Virus record (IMG/VR): IMGVR_UViG_3300002484_001904
Span: 1-27,374 of that record
Origin: a virus
Taxonomy: Duplodnaviria > Caudoviricetes
Direction: 5' to 3' (one strand)
DNA: 27,374 bases
A program made the translations under genes and the position numbers. Shown here in pieces: positions 1-10,082 of the stretch. The notes under the pieces were generated by a model. The model did no database searches, was not told the DNA's origin, and worked only from the letters and a program-made list of their open reading frames with translations. Position 1 is the stretch's first letter, and each line of letters begins with the position of its first letter.

Positions 1-5
1 CGGAT

Positions 6-536
6 ATGGCGGGACGGCAGATGGGGAGGCAGTACAGCGAAGCGGTGGCACCGGGTATCGGCGCCGGCTTTGATGCGGCCGGACGCTATGGTAGCGGGCT
101 GTACCAAAACCAGATGGACATAAGCCGTGCTGCGCTCGCACAGGGCCTCGGCGACATAAATACGACCATCTATGGTGGAGCGTATAACAATGAGCGTGAC
201 CGCATGCTGCAGGCTGCACAGTTGGCGCCCGAGATTGCGCCTATGTCGTACCTGGACGCAGCGCAGATGCTGAACGTCGGAGAGCTCTATGACACGCAGG
301 CTCAAAAGGAACTGAGTGCAGACATTCAGCGTCACCAGTTCAACCAGGAGCAGCCGTATGATGCGCTGTCTCGCTACATGGCCTCCATAGGGGGAGGATC
401 TTATGGCTCATCGAGCAACGAGGACTACAGCACGCCGTCGACCCTGCAAAACCTAGCAGGCGGCACAATGGCTGGTCTAGGCTTCTTGCAGTCAATGGGC
501 GGGCTTGGCGGTATCGGCGACCTGTTCAGTTTTTAA
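6..536 (+). CDS. C-terminal part of a putative DNA-ejection (pilot/DNA transfer) virion protein; true start probably upstream of the window
   Basis: Gly/Gln/Ala-rich ORF with 'AGRYGSG', 'Y..ER..MLQAAQLAP' and 'Q.PY..L..Y' patterns recalled from podovirus ejection proteins; lies in a structural module. Confidence 0.55.
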   Translation: MAGRQMGRQYSEAVAPGIGAGFDAAGRYGSGLYQNQMDISRAALAQGLGDINTTIYGGAYNNERDRMLQAAQLAPEIAPMSYLDAAQMLNVGELYDTQAQKELSADIQRHQFNQEQPYDALSRYMASIGGGSYGSSSNEDYSTPSTLQNLAGGTMAGLGFLQSMGGLGGIGDLFSF

Positions 537-545
537 GGTAATATC

Positions 546-1526
546 ATGGCTGAAATCAAAGACTATAACGTAGTAGCTGGCAGCAACGACGGCGCCTCGC
601 CTGGCGGGTTCGCAGAGGGCGCCGCGCCAAGCGTAACAAACAATGTTTGGCGTGAGACCGCTGCAAGGCTTAAGCGGCTGTGGACCGACGACCACGCTGT
701 AACCTCGCTCGGGGGCGGAACTACCGCGTACACGTTAGCGGCGAGTCAGACCATAAGCGCATACGCAGCCGGTGACCATTTTGCTGTTGTATGCAATGCG
801 ACCAATACCGGCGCGGTAACTTTGGACGTCGATAGCGTCGGCGTAAAATCTGTTGTGACCACAAGTCAGACCGCACTAGCTGCCGGGCAACTGGTAATAA
901 ACGGCATTTATATATTCAGCTACGACGCTACGAGTGACGTGTTTATTGTGCTCAATCCCAACCTTGAGATACACGACCAGACGGCAGTAACTACACTCGG
1001 AGATGCCAACTTTATCCCTGTGCACGACGGAGCGCAGAAAAAGATAACGGTCGCTAATGCTAGATTGCAATTAAGCTCTGAAATAGCCACGTCGTTTAAT
1101 GTCCTGCTAACCACGGACATAACAGGAAATTCAAGCAGTATATGGACAACAGTAGATTCGACTTGGGGGACGGAGCGATGGGACGCTGCCGGTACCTTTT
1201 CGGGCTATAAGTGGACGCCGGGAGCTGCTGGCAAGTATTTTTTACACGCAGCAATGCCGCTCAGGGGTGCTGCAACCGACCTAGCAGCAGATACAGATTT
1301 TGGTATCAGGATTCTGCAGCGAAACAGTAGCGACACTATTCTGACCGCTCTAGCAAGTCATCAGTCAACGTCTGTCGGTGGAAATGTAGTAGCGACCGTG
1401 TCTGGCAGCATAGCCGATTCGGCGAACGATAATTACTACGAGGTGCAAGCGTATGTTACCTCAGCAAACTGGGAAACATACGCGGCCACGGGTCAGGGCG
1501 TATTTGGCGGATGGAGGATGTTTTAA
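546..1526 (+). CDS. Putative tail fibre protein
   Basis: The N-terminus 'FAEGAAPSVTNNVWRETAARLK' and 'NTGAVTLDVDSVGVK' resemble podovirus tail-fibre anchor domains. The beta-rich C-terminal domain contains 'WTPGAAGKYF' and ends 'FGGWRMF'. RBS AAGG at ~535. Confidence 0.65.
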   Translation: MAEIKDYNVVAGSNDGASPGGFAEGAAPSVTNNVWRETAARLKRLWTDDHAVTSLGGGTTAYTLAASQTISAYAAGDHFAVVCNATNTGAVTLDVDSVGVKSVVTTSQTALAAGQLVINGIYIFSYDATSDVFIVLNPNLEIHDQTAVTTLGDANFIPVHDGAQKKITVANARLQLSSEIATSFNVLLTTDITGNSSSIWTTVDSTWGTERWDAAGTFSGYKWTPGAAGKYFLHAAMPLRGAATDLAADTDFGIRILQRNSSDTILTALASHQSTSVGGNVVATVSGSIADSANDNYYEVQAYVTSANWETYAATGQGVFGGWRMF

Positions 1527-1834
1527 TGGCATCATTTAGAGATAAACTAATTCATCTTGTCGGCGAGGGTGGCTGGGAGTTAGCGCAGAACCGTAACACT
1601 GGAAACATAGACATTGAGTGGAGCCGTGCAGGTAGTCCGCCGACTAATGCAGAGGTGGATGCGGTAACAGATGCCGACGCCGACGCTACCGCGGCGACCG
1701 CAGGACTGAAGCGCGGATTTGAGTTAAGCAAAAAGGACAAGGTACTAATCAAATGGATAGCTTCTAGAACTGGAGGAGGTACTGCTTCCTCTATTAAACA
1801 AGAACTAAAGACTATCTGGAACAACACTAACTAA
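1526..1834 (+). CDS. Putative tail-fibre assembly/XkdW-like small protein
   Basis: ATG at 1526 overlaps the fibre stop (TAATG), with GGAGG at 1513-1517. It has an 'I.EW....PPT.AEV' motif and sits directly after the fibre gene. Confidence 0.5.
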   Translation: MASFRDKLIHLVGEGGWELAQNRNTGNIDIEWSRAGSPPTNAEVDAVTDADADATAATAGLKRGFELSKKDKVLIKWIASRTGGGTASSIKQELKTIWNNTN

Positions 1835-1835
1835 C

Positions 1836-3692
1836 ATGCCTATCGCCCCCTTCTCTGGGAGCTTCCTCCAGTTTGGTAATAAATCCCCATACAGCTGGGG
1901 TAACCTACCATCTGGGCGGGTAACTGCTCCTATGAGTGGCCCTCAGAGGAGTGGCTTACAGGATATAGGAGGACGCTTCTTAACCACTAATATGCCTACT
2001 AACGTAAATGAGAGGCAGGCTTGGCTAGACAACGAGAACAAGTGGTTAGCAGATAACTGGAGGAACCCTGAGTATAACCAATCTAGAGTAGACTCAGGAT
2101 ACTACAAGACATACCATAGATTTGATGCTAGTAAGCCATTCGCTGGTCTAATTGGGGGTAGTACTAACCCACAAGCATCAGCTAAGTATGGTGCTAACAT
2201 CTACGACGCATACATGACAGACCCCAGGTACGCTGGTCATGACCGTAGGAACGACTCCTCTGAGTGGATGAGGGAGAACAACGTAGACCCTCGATGGGCT
2301 ACTGACTTAGAGAAGGCAATGGCCGCTGACTTCGCATTAAGGAAGGTGCAAGGGAAGAACCAAAGAGCTAAGAGGTCCTTTGGACTCTCTGAAATAGTAG
2401 GCTTAGGTCTAACACTAGCAGCCCCCTATGTACCAGGTGGACCTTGGGTTAGCGGGGCTGTAGGTATGCTAGGTGGAGGCATATCCTCAGACTTCAAGTC
2501 CCCATTGGCTATGGCTGCTGGGGCTGCAGGAGGGTATTTTGGGGGGGGCGGCACTGTGTATGGGTGGAAACCACCCACATTGGGTCAGATGCTGAGCGGA
2601 AACTTCAACGGAGCTTCCAACATAGGCGGAGTAGCTACTGGTAGTGGTGTCCCTTGGAATATTGTGGATGATATTCCTAACTCTATGAACTATGGAGTTA
2701 GCAATATTATGTCAGCTCCCGGTATAGCAGCAGGAGGAGGAAGTATGGGTTGGTTAGGAGAGTTAGGAAAGAGTATTTGGGGTAGTGCAACTACATCAGG
2801 TGGGTTCTTAAATAACATGGCTAGTGAGGTAGGAGGAGCCTACCTAACTAATCGGTTACTAGGAAACTCACAAGATGACTACCAACGGAGGGTAAACCAA
2901 CTCTCTAATGACCCAATGTATAGTAGAACTCCAGTAGATGTATATGGACCGGGTGGCTCAGGGGTATTTGGGGATGGGACAGCTAGAGCTTCCCTAAGCC
3001 CTGAATTAGCTACTCAGCTAGATAACTACTACTCTACTGCTAACAGACAGTACCAAACTGCACAGGACTTCGATAGAGCGGGCCACTCACAGGCTTACCT
3101 AGAGAACCTTCACGCGCGAGCTGCACCGGGACAAGAGGAGCAAGTAAACAGACTCTTTGACAGTCTCTATGGGTCTGGTCTACAGGGGAGCACCTTAGGT
3201 GCACAGAGAGAGGCGGAAGCAGCTAAGGCTCTGCTGGACTATAACGCTGGTATGGCTATCCAAGCAGATGCAGAGGGGTATGCTAGACAGCAAAGCTACT
3301 ACAACGATTACTTCAGTACTGTTGGTAAGGCAGTAAACTTAGCTAACTCAGCTAACGTTATGCTTAACGCAGGCTCAGACTTCGGAGCAGCTCAACAGAA
3401 TTATTACGGATTACAAGCACAGTTAGGGGCGGCCCAGGATAGAGCAGCGGGTGAGAGGGCATTTGGTGCTAACTTAGGAGTAGGAGCTTCTAACACCATC
3501 GAACGTTTGTTGGCTGGTTTGGGTAATCTAACCTCTTCTACCTCCAGTTCCACCCCAGTGACTGGGCTGTACCAGGCAGGTGGAGGACCGCAAAGCTACT
3601 ACGGTGGAGGTGGGTACCGCGGAGGTGGTCTCACCACGGCACAGGGCGCAGGCTCTGGCGCATCATACCGCCAAGCAGCTGGGTATAGGTAA
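1836..3692 (+). CDS. Putative internal virion/ejection protein (Gly-rich, hydrophobic mid-section)
   Basis: 618-aa ORF with Gly/Ala-rich amphipathic segments; first of three large ORFs in the position typical of podovirus core proteins. Confidence 0.55.
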   Translation: MPIAPFSGSFLQFGNKSPYSWGNLPSGRVTAPMSGPQRSGLQDIGGRFLTTNMPTNVNERQAWLDNENKWLADNWRNPEYNQSRVDSGYYKTYHRFDASKPFAGLIGGSTNPQASAKYGANIYDAYMTDPRYAGHDRRNDSSEWMRENNVDPRWATDLEKAMAADFALRKVQGKNQRAKRSFGLSEIVGLGLTLAAPYVPGGPWVSGAVGMLGGGISSDFKSPLAMAAGAAGGYFGGGGTVYGWKPPTLGQMLSGNFNGASNIGGVATGSGVPWNIVDDIPNSMNYGVSNIMSAPGIAAGGGSMGWLGELGKSIWGSATTSGGFLNNMASEVGGAYLTNRLLGNSQDDYQRRVNQLSNDPMYSRTPVDVYGPGGSGVFGDGTARASLSPELATQLDNYYSTANRQYQTAQDFDRAGHSQAYLENLHARAAPGQEEQVNRLFDSLYGSGLQGSTLGAQREAEAAKALLDYNAGMAIQADAEGYARQQSYYNDYFSTVGKAVNLANSANVMLNAGSDFGAAQQNYYGLQAQLGAAQDRAAGERAFGANLGVGASNTIERLLAGLGNLTSSTSSSTPVTGLYQAGGGPQSYYGGGGYRGGGLTTAQGAGSGASYRQAAGYR

Positions 3693-3755
3693 CCCATACC
3701 AATCTGGCTCCTATCGCTAAACAACAACATACAGATAAGTTCCTGAGGAACATTT

Positions 3756-5294
3756 ATGGCAAACGCACAAGTACAACCTAGCTTCTTCGCTAGTAGAACT
3801 CCTAGGGAAACTCGGCAGGCTATACAGTCTCAGGATAGAGCTGCTGATATAGAGCTAGGGAGCAAGAGCTTCACCCAATTGGGTGGAGTTATGGGTGCTC
3901 AAGCTGGTAGAATGCTAGGTAACGCAGCTGCTGGACCTGACCCTCGACAGGTTAGAGCTATGAAGATGCAGAAAGCTCAGCAGGAGGTAGATGCTTCTGG
4001 GATTGATATGCAAAGTGACCCTCAGGGGTACTACTCAGCCGTAGTAGGTTCGCTGCAGAAGCAAGGGCTAGAGGGGGAAGCTCACCAGATATATGAATTA
4101 GCTAAGGACGAGAGGTCTAAGGCTGCTACAGCTCAGCTAGAGCAGGATAAGCTTAAGCTTGATGAGGAAGAGCTTGCGTTTAGGAAAGATGAGCTTGCAA
4201 AGTCTCACCCTAACCCCCTAGTTAAAGTAGCTAGTGACCTCAATAGTGTAGTAACTGCTATGCTAGAAAGTGGGTCTGACCCAGAAGAGGTATCCAACCT
4301 CCTTAACTCCCTTAAGAATGGCGTAGCCGACCACGATGTTACTATTGACAGCATAATAGGAGGACTACCTGCTAGTAGGCAGGATTATATAGAAAGTAAG
4401 CAGTTACAGCTAGGTGCGCCAGATGAGCTTAAAGACTATGTAACTATAGTACCCCCTGACACTGACACATCCAACTCGCAGAACGTAGATAAAGTGTATG
4501 GTCACATTAACTCTCCTGCAGTTAGGCAAGCTATTGCAGATGGTGGGGTTGATTTAGACGACTTAAAGACAAATGAGATAGCTAAGCTAGAGAGGCAGTA
4601 CGATAAACTAGTGGAAGCAGGAGTATCTCCAGAAAAGGCAGCGATAGCTGTATATGGTAGAGCAGGGGTAAGCATAGACTCTAAAGCTGGTGGTCTAACT
4701 ACAGCTAACCGTAGTGAAATACAGAATAGGATAGTATCTAACTCAGCCCTAGCTAAACAGCTAGAGAATGTTATACCTTTAATTGGGGAGCAGACCGTAG
4801 GCTTATGGGCATCTCTTGGGGAAGAGTGGGGTGGGATAGGGCAGCAACTTCCCGTAGTTAAATCCCTTCTAAATGTCCTAGATACCCCATTCCAAGCAGA
4901 CAACGTAAAGACAGCTCAGGAGGCTAGAGCTAAGTTTAGAGGCATTGTTGGTCCCTTAGCTAGGTATGTAATCTCCAACCAGGGGCGAGTGTCCAATCAG
5001 TCAGTTGAGTGGGCTAACAAAGCAGCTGCTATGTTAGAGAAAAAGACTCAGCCTGACGTAGCTAGAGCTACTATGAAAGGGCTTCTGCAAGGAGTTAGGG
5101 AAGCTATACTTTTAGACAGAGATGTGATTAGACAGGACAACGTACTATCTAGTTTTGATAATCCTGAGAATGTGGATACAGCAGCCGTGCCGGGTGGCGC
5201 AGTTGTGATAGCTACTGGTGTTGAAATGCGAGATGGTGAAAAAGTGCTTGTAGATGATGCAGGTAACGTACTAGCAAAGGTTAAACTTAAATGA
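3756..5294 (+). CDS. Putative internal virion protein
   Basis: 512-aa helical/coiled-coil ORF with a 'G..LG....GPDPR' motif and GAGGA RBS; coupled to the next ORF by ATGA. Confidence 0.55.
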   Translation: MANAQVQPSFFASRTPRETRQAIQSQDRAADIELGSKSFTQLGGVMGAQAGRMLGNAAAGPDPRQVRAMKMQKAQQEVDASGIDMQSDPQGYYSAVVGSLQKQGLEGEAHQIYELAKDERSKAATAQLEQDKLKLDEEELAFRKDELAKSHPNPLVKVASDLNSVVTAMLESGSDPEEVSNLLNSLKNGVADHDVTIDSIIGGLPASRQDYIESKQLQLGAPDELKDYVTIVPPDTDTSNSQNVDKVYGHINSPAVRQAIADGGVDLDDLKTNEIAKLERQYDKLVEAGVSPEKAAIAVYGRAGVSIDSKAGGLTTANRSEIQNRIVSNSALAKQLENVIPLIGEQTVGLWASLGEEWGGIGQQLPVVKSLLNVLDTPFQADNVKTAQEARAKFRGIVGPLARYVISNQGRVSNQSVEWANKAAAMLEKKTQPDVARATMKGLLQGVREAILLDRDVIRQDNVLSSFDNPENVDTAAVPGGAVVIATGVEMRDGEKVLVDDAGNVLAKVKLK

Positions 5295-8200
5295 ATGAAA
5301 AGTTTGACCCAGAAGGAAGCGGTTATGATTATAAGACTGCAAGAGAAGATGGGCTAGCGCCAGATGAAACTGGGCATTGGCCTAGTAGGTCTCCCAAGTC
5401 AGGGCAACTTCTAAAAGGGCGAAAGCATTCGACATATCCTAAAACAGTTGCAGGGGAAGAAGCAGCGGGGTATAGAATTAGAAAAGGTGAGGATGGTAGG
5501 TACTATTCTAAAAAAGATAGTGATGCAAGTCTGCGTGAAAGAGCAGATGCGGTTGCGGCCACGTTAACTCCACAAGAACAAGGGGTTATTGATTACCACA
5601 GGGGGAACCTAAAGTTAGGGGCTACCCATAATGGTGCGCCTATGACTGCTCTTACAGTTGGCCCTAAAGTTCACACTGGCCCTCATGCAGGTAAATTCGC
5701 ATCGGTCCCTAGTTTCGTGCCGGGGGTGAATGACAGTAAACCTATGTCCGAAGATCAGGCATTGGATTATTGGCAAAAAGAAATTGATGCCGGTAAGTGG
5801 CCTATTTATAACTCAGGCGAAGCACTGAATGAGCGAAGCGCGGACATTCATACCATTATGGAGGTAGATACTGAAGGCTATGTCCCGCCTTCTGCAGCGA
5901 ACGTCACTCCCTCGTTTGAAATATCTCAAGATGCTCTAGACCAGTCCAGTGATGGTGAGCTTATTCAGATGTTTAACCAACAGCAGAAGTTCAATAGGGC
6001 AGCTATAGAAGAAGCTAACATAGAAGAGTATATAGAGGCCCAGATGAAGAGGTGGTCGGCGCAGCGTAGCGGACGGCCAGGGGCATGGCGTGTGTATCGT
6101 AACGCAGACGGTAGCTACTACATTTCCACTGCAGAGCAGAAAGCGCGGCGAGAATTTCGTAGTCAGCGCGAGGATTGGGTGAATTCGTACAGAGAAGAAG
6201 CCCATGAGATTGGAACTTCCTTAAGTGAGGCTGAGATAGCTGAGGCGCAGTTTGGAGGTAGGTTTGACCGTGATAGAGACACTGGTCTAATTACTGAGTT
6301 CAACGACCCAAGACTACGTTTCGACGCAATGCGTAGCCACGAGAAGTTCGTAGAGATTGCAGATAAAATTACAGCTAAGTATCCAGGGTCTGAGATAGTG
6401 AGGCTGGAAGACCCAGTGAATGGAACTGCTATTGCTCTTAGACTCCCTGGAGAGGAGACGTTTATGCTGTTTGATTCAGATAGAGTAGCTACGTTTAGTG
6501 ACTGGGCTGAGGCTGGTGGTTACATAGCTAACCTAGAAGTAGGTACTGCTGTAGCTGCTACCTTAGCTACTAAGAACCTGAGTTTCCTAACCAGAGTACC
6601 CACTATGTCACTAGCTGGGGGAGCTGGCGCGGCTTTAGATGAGAGTTTGGAGCATTTTCGTGGGTATCAATCTGACCCTATAGATGATATATTTGCCAGC
6701 AACGTAGTGCCAGCTATGGTAGCGGGTGCCTTAGGTGAGGTAGTCACAGCACCTGCTAATGTAGCCGCTAAGAAGCTTCGAAAACCTTGGCGGAAGTCAT
6801 TAACCGATGAGGAGAAGCGAGGTAAAGCTCAGTTCTCTCCAACTCCTGGAGGGATAGAGTTTAGTATAGACAACAGTGACGTTCTTGGGCCTTTCCCAGG
6901 AGCGTTTGAACCTACGTCTGGTGCTATGGAGCGTATGGCTATATCCATAGACCGAGTAGCTAGGCTAAAGCAAGCTAAGCAGGCAGCTGATGCGATAAAT
7001 GACCTAGAGAGTTTTAAGACCCACATTGACGCTAATGCAAGTGGTCTTACTGATTCAGACGTAAACGCACTGGCTGAGGCAGCTATTGCAGAGTTTAAGA
7101 GTGCTGTTGTAGGGGCCAAGGAACTATCTAGAGAAGCGGGGGGAAGGGGTCTCGGTAGGGGATACGTGGCTTTCAAGAAGATATATTCTACGCACATAAC
7201 TAGGAAGTACGCTAGAGCGGATGCTGAGGCAGTGGGGGCGAAGTTTAGCTCAATTGGGGCTAAGGATAAAGCTGACGAGGTTCTAGAGGGAACAGTAGCC
7301 GCAGGTACAAAAACTGTTACGACGCCAGCTAGCGTGGTAGTTATGCCCGGTGCTAGAGGTAGGGTCACTCTTAGGACTCCTGCTACCTCAACAACTGTAC
7401 CAGCTGATATACAGCTGCAAGACCTAACTCCTGAGTTTAGGAAGCAACTAGATAAGCTTAGGGCTATGCCAGATATAGTTATGGATGGTAAGGATCCTGC
7501 AGCAGAGCAGATGAGGCAGCTTAGGACTAACTTCTTTGAGCTTAAGACTCCTAAACCAGGAGAGAGGTATACGCCAGAGAATAGGTTAGCTGAGCAGATA
7601 TGGGAAGAGCTTACTAAGTCTATGGAAAACCCCACAGCTGGTGGATTGAACTATCGTGTCAGGCTGAAAGCAGCTAATCTAGCTAACTCTAGGTACGAGC
7701 GCATAATAGAAGTAGGAGAGATAGCTAGGATAGGCAAAGAGTATAACCCAGGTAGACTAATGGAGATGGTTAGGGTAGGCAATGCGTTCCCACTAAGAAC
7801 CTTAAAGAGGGTCATGGCAGATGAGCACTGGCAGGAATTCAATCAGGCGTGGAAAACACAACTACTGAGGTCTGGTAAAAACATTAGAAAGACTCTAGAG
7901 GAATTTGATACTGACCCTGAAGCATTAGAAGTTATGTTAACTCCCTCAGAAGTAATAAACTTCAAGGAGATTGGAGATAACATAGCTAGAATTGAAGAGG
8001 TAGTGAACAAAGTTAAGACCTCTGTTCTTGGCAGAAGTAACAACCCCAAAGAGATTCTAAATACTGGTAACATCGATACTATAGAAGAGTTGATAGCTGC
8101 TGGTGGAGGTAAGAATTCTAAGACTGGGAAATCCTTGAGGTGGTCTGTCATAGATTCTATCATAGATTCTGCTCATAAACTTTACGAAGGCAAAACTAAC

Positions 8201-8665
8201 ATGAACGCCAGAGCCGCTATTGCTAAGATAGATAGCTTAAAGAAGTCTGGAGTATTAGAGGCAGTAATGCTTCCTGAGGAAGTAAGAGGATTAGAAAACA
8301 GAGCGTTGATGTACTCGCTGTTTGCTAAGCTACCGGACGCTGGTGCATCTATTAAGGCAGCAGAGCTGGGTTCTAAGATAGGTTCAGCACTTAACCCAGT
8401 AAAATTACTTGGGTTTACTAAGGCTAATCCAATCCCTATCTTCTCAGCCTTAGGTAAAACCTTAGAAGGAATGTCTGATAAACTACAGCAGAGGTTTGTA
8501 GGTGCTCTGCTTATGAATGAAACTGCACAGAAGATAATAGAGAGTAGGTCGATATCTGATATAGACATAACTGCCCTCAGACTAATAGCAAATATAACTG
8601 CTCAAACGGCAGCTCAAGTTATCAATGATTTACCTAGAGCTGAGCAGCACTCACTACCACACTAA
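5291..8665 (+). CDS. Large internal virion (DNA-ejection) protein with extra N-terminal domains
   Basis: 1124-aa Ala-rich helical ORF, the last and largest of the ejection-type trio; hydrophobic Gly/Ala stretch in the middle. Confidence 0.55.
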   Translation: MNEKFDPEGSGYDYKTAREDGLAPDETGHWPSRSPKSGQLLKGRKHSTYPKTVAGEEAAGYRIRKGEDGRYYSKKDSDASLRERADAVAATLTPQEQGVIDYHRGNLKLGATHNGAPMTALTVGPKVHTGPHAGKFASVPSFVPGVNDSKPMSEDQALDYWQKEIDAGKWPIYNSGEALNERSADIHTIMEVDTEGYVPPSAANVTPSFEISQDALDQSSDGELIQMFNQQQKFNRAAIEEANIEEYIEAQMKRWSAQRSGRPGAWRVYRNADGSYYISTAEQKARREFRSQREDWVNSYREEAHEIGTSLSEAEIAEAQFGGRFDRDRDTGLITEFNDPRLRFDAMRSHEKFVEIADKITAKYPGSEIVRLEDPVNGTAIALRLPGEETFMLFDSDRVATFSDWAEAGGYIANLEVGTAVAATLATKNLSFLTRVPTMSLAGGAGAALDESLEHFRGYQSDPIDDIFASNVVPAMVAGALGEVVTAPANVAAKKLRKPWRKSLTDEEKRGKAQFSPTPGGIEFSIDNSDVLGPFPGAFEPTSGAMERMAISIDRVARLKQAKQAADAINDLESFKTHIDANASGLTDSDVNALAEAAIAEFKSAVVGAKELSREAGGRGLGRGYVAFKKIYSTHITRKYARADAEAVGAKFSSIGAKDKADEVLEGTVAAGTKTVTTPASVVVMPGARGRVTLRTPATSTTVPADIQLQDLTPEFRKQLDKLRAMPDIVMDGKDPAAEQMRQLRTNFFELKTPKPGERYTPENRLAEQIWEELTKSMENPTAGGLNYRVRLKAANLANSRYERIIEVGEIARIGKEYNPGRLMEMVRVGNAFPLRTLKRVMADEHWQEFNQAWKTQLLRSGKNIRKTLEEFDTDPEALEVMLTPSEVINFKEIGDNIARIEEVVNKVKTSVLGRSNNPKEILNTGNIDTIEELIAAGGGKNSKTGKSLRWSVIDSIIDSAHKLYEGKTNMNARAAIAKIDSLKKSGVLEAVMLPEEVRGLENRALMYSLFAKLPDAGASIKAAELGSKIGSALNPVKLLGFTKANPIPIFSALGKTLEGMSDKLQQRFVGALLMNETAQKIIESRSISDIDITALRLIANITAQTAAQVINDLPRAEQHSLPH

Positions 8666-8743
8666 AACCATTAAACCTAAGTGGGCAGTCAATAAAGTTC
8701 CTGTAGGAACATTTGGTAGTCACTTCTTCTACAACGACGTTAG

Positions 8744-9076
8744 ATGAAATACTTCATACTACTACTTACTATATGTAGCTGTGCTCCCTTAGCACCAGCT
8801 ATCCCACTCGAAGACGAAAAGAAGCTACTGTTTGCTTTAGGGAGTTCTGTACCAGAGAGGTTCTGTGGACCTTGGAGTAGAAATGTAGCTAGACTGTTAC
8901 TTCACCCTAGCGGACCTAAAGCACTCCTAGTGTGGATAGAAGCTCACCCACAGGATAAAGTAGTAGCTCAGTTTACGTGGGACTTCATTAGAGTGTTTGA
9001 GTTGTATGATGCTGTAAACCCAGAGGGAGTTTCTAATTCCCTCTGCCTGAAAGCCCCTAGGGGTAGCCTCACCTAA
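8744..9076 (+). CDS. Putative lipoprotein (possible lysis or exclusion accessory)
   Basis: MKYFILLLTICSC has the shape of a signal peptide with a lipobox-like Cys; last + strand gene. Confidence 0.4.
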   Translation: MKYFILLLTICSCAPLAPAIPLEDEKKLLFALGSSVPERFCGPWSRNVARLLLHPSGPKALLVWIEAHPQDKVVAQFTWDFIRVFELYDAVNPEGVSNSLCLKAPRGSLT

Positions 9077-9320
9077 ACTTCTTATGGAGGTACATAGAGG
9101 TCCAGCACCCAAGTACCCCACCAAAAGCTACAAATAGTATAGCTATATAGCCTATAGATACTACGTTTATTACTACTGCTACCTCAGCAAAAGCTAGCCC
9201 CACCGACCCAAAAGGTACCCAAAGCCACTTACTATGTATGACGTTGAGCTGCTGAAAAGCCCTCAATGACACTAGACAGAAGCTGGCAGCAACTAGGAGT
9301 AGCCACGCAGTCACGACCAC
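9069..9320 (-). CDS. Small multi-pass membrane protein
   Basis: 83 aa, three hydrophobic segments, 'LRAFQQLNV' motif; overlaps the phosphoesterase stop. Confidence 0.6.
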   Translation of the reverse strand: MVVTAWLLLVAASFCLVSLRAFQQLNVIHSKWLWVPFGSVGLAFAEVAVVINVVSIGYIAILFVAFGGVLGCWTSMYLHKKFR

Positions 9321-10078
9321 TCCTTAAGTAGATACTTCATTGATACTTCCATTAGGTCGTACTCTCCTCTACGCACCTCGTGCTTCATAAATATACCTGA
9401 CCAAGATTGTGTGTTCTTCTGTGGACTTAGGTAGTCTTGGTCCTCTTGGTAGAACCTCCCACATACTAACCCTATTCTACGCTCACCTAGAGCAGTGTAT
9501 ATACTACCTGTTTGCCTATGCTGTTGGTGTCCCATAGAGAAGCTATGTCCTATTAGCTTAAGCTTATTCTCAATGGTACCCGCCACAGCATTAGAGGTTA
9601 ATGACTGCGGGTTGTTGAAGTAGTGAGAGTAGAGAATACCATCTAGTTTAATTATATTCAAGAAGGGTACCACTTTAACCCCTAACTCCTTCAAACCTAA
9701 TGACTCTAGGGTTAGCATGCTCCTAAACACTATGTTGTTAGGGTCGTCTGCTGCTCTAAGTATTCTTTGTTCGTGATTACCAACAGTAAATATTATCTTA
9801 GGGTCATACCCTTTAGGTTGTCTTATGTTCCTCAGGAACATATCCATAGCAACCCACCCGCACTTTATGTCGTCTGAGTAACTCTTCTTCTCCCACCCGA
9901 AGCTACCTGGCTTATCGTAAGAGTTTAAAGACCTCATATCCCACCAATCACCAGCTATTATTATTACGTCAGGCTTCTTATCTGCTAGATAAGTACCTGC
10001 TGCCTCTATGTGAGATGTGTCTGACTCAGGAGTTATTTGAGTATCTGGTATGAAGGCATGCTTCTTAGTTGATATCAT
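9311..10078 (-). CDS. Calcineurin-like metallophosphoesterase
   Basis: Motifs D-T-Q (IPDTQ), GDWWD, GNHE, SHYF and GHQQ. Confidence 0.85.
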   Translation of the reverse strand: MISTKKHAFIPDTQITPESDTSHIEAAGTYLADKKPDVIIIAGDWWDMRSLNSYDKPGSFGWEKKSYSDDIKCGWVAMDMFLRNIRQPKGYDPKIIFTVGNHEQRILRAADDPNNIVFRSMLTLESLGLKELGVKVVPFLNIIKLDGILYSHYFNNPQSLTSNAVAGTIENKLKLIGHSFSMGHQQHRQTGSIYTALGERRIGLVCGRFYQEDQDYLSPQKNTQSWSGIFMKHEVRRGEYDLMEVSMKYLLKEWS

Positions 10079-10082
10079 TATA

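Noticed and set aside
2541-2548. G8 tract as a phase-variation or frameshift site
   Set aside because: It encodes Gly codons in an intact Gly-rich frame, with no alternative product evident.
8270-8282. CTTCCTGAGGAAG and other partial matches (7786, 11614, 10760) as extra palindrome copies
   Set aside because: They have two or more deviations or the wrong spacing, so they were not counted; chance cannot be excluded.
492-8568. Minus-strand ORFs opposite the structural genes (e.g. 6829-7635, 4502-4903)
   Set aside because: They are antisense shadows of long + strand genes, with no RBS or motifs.
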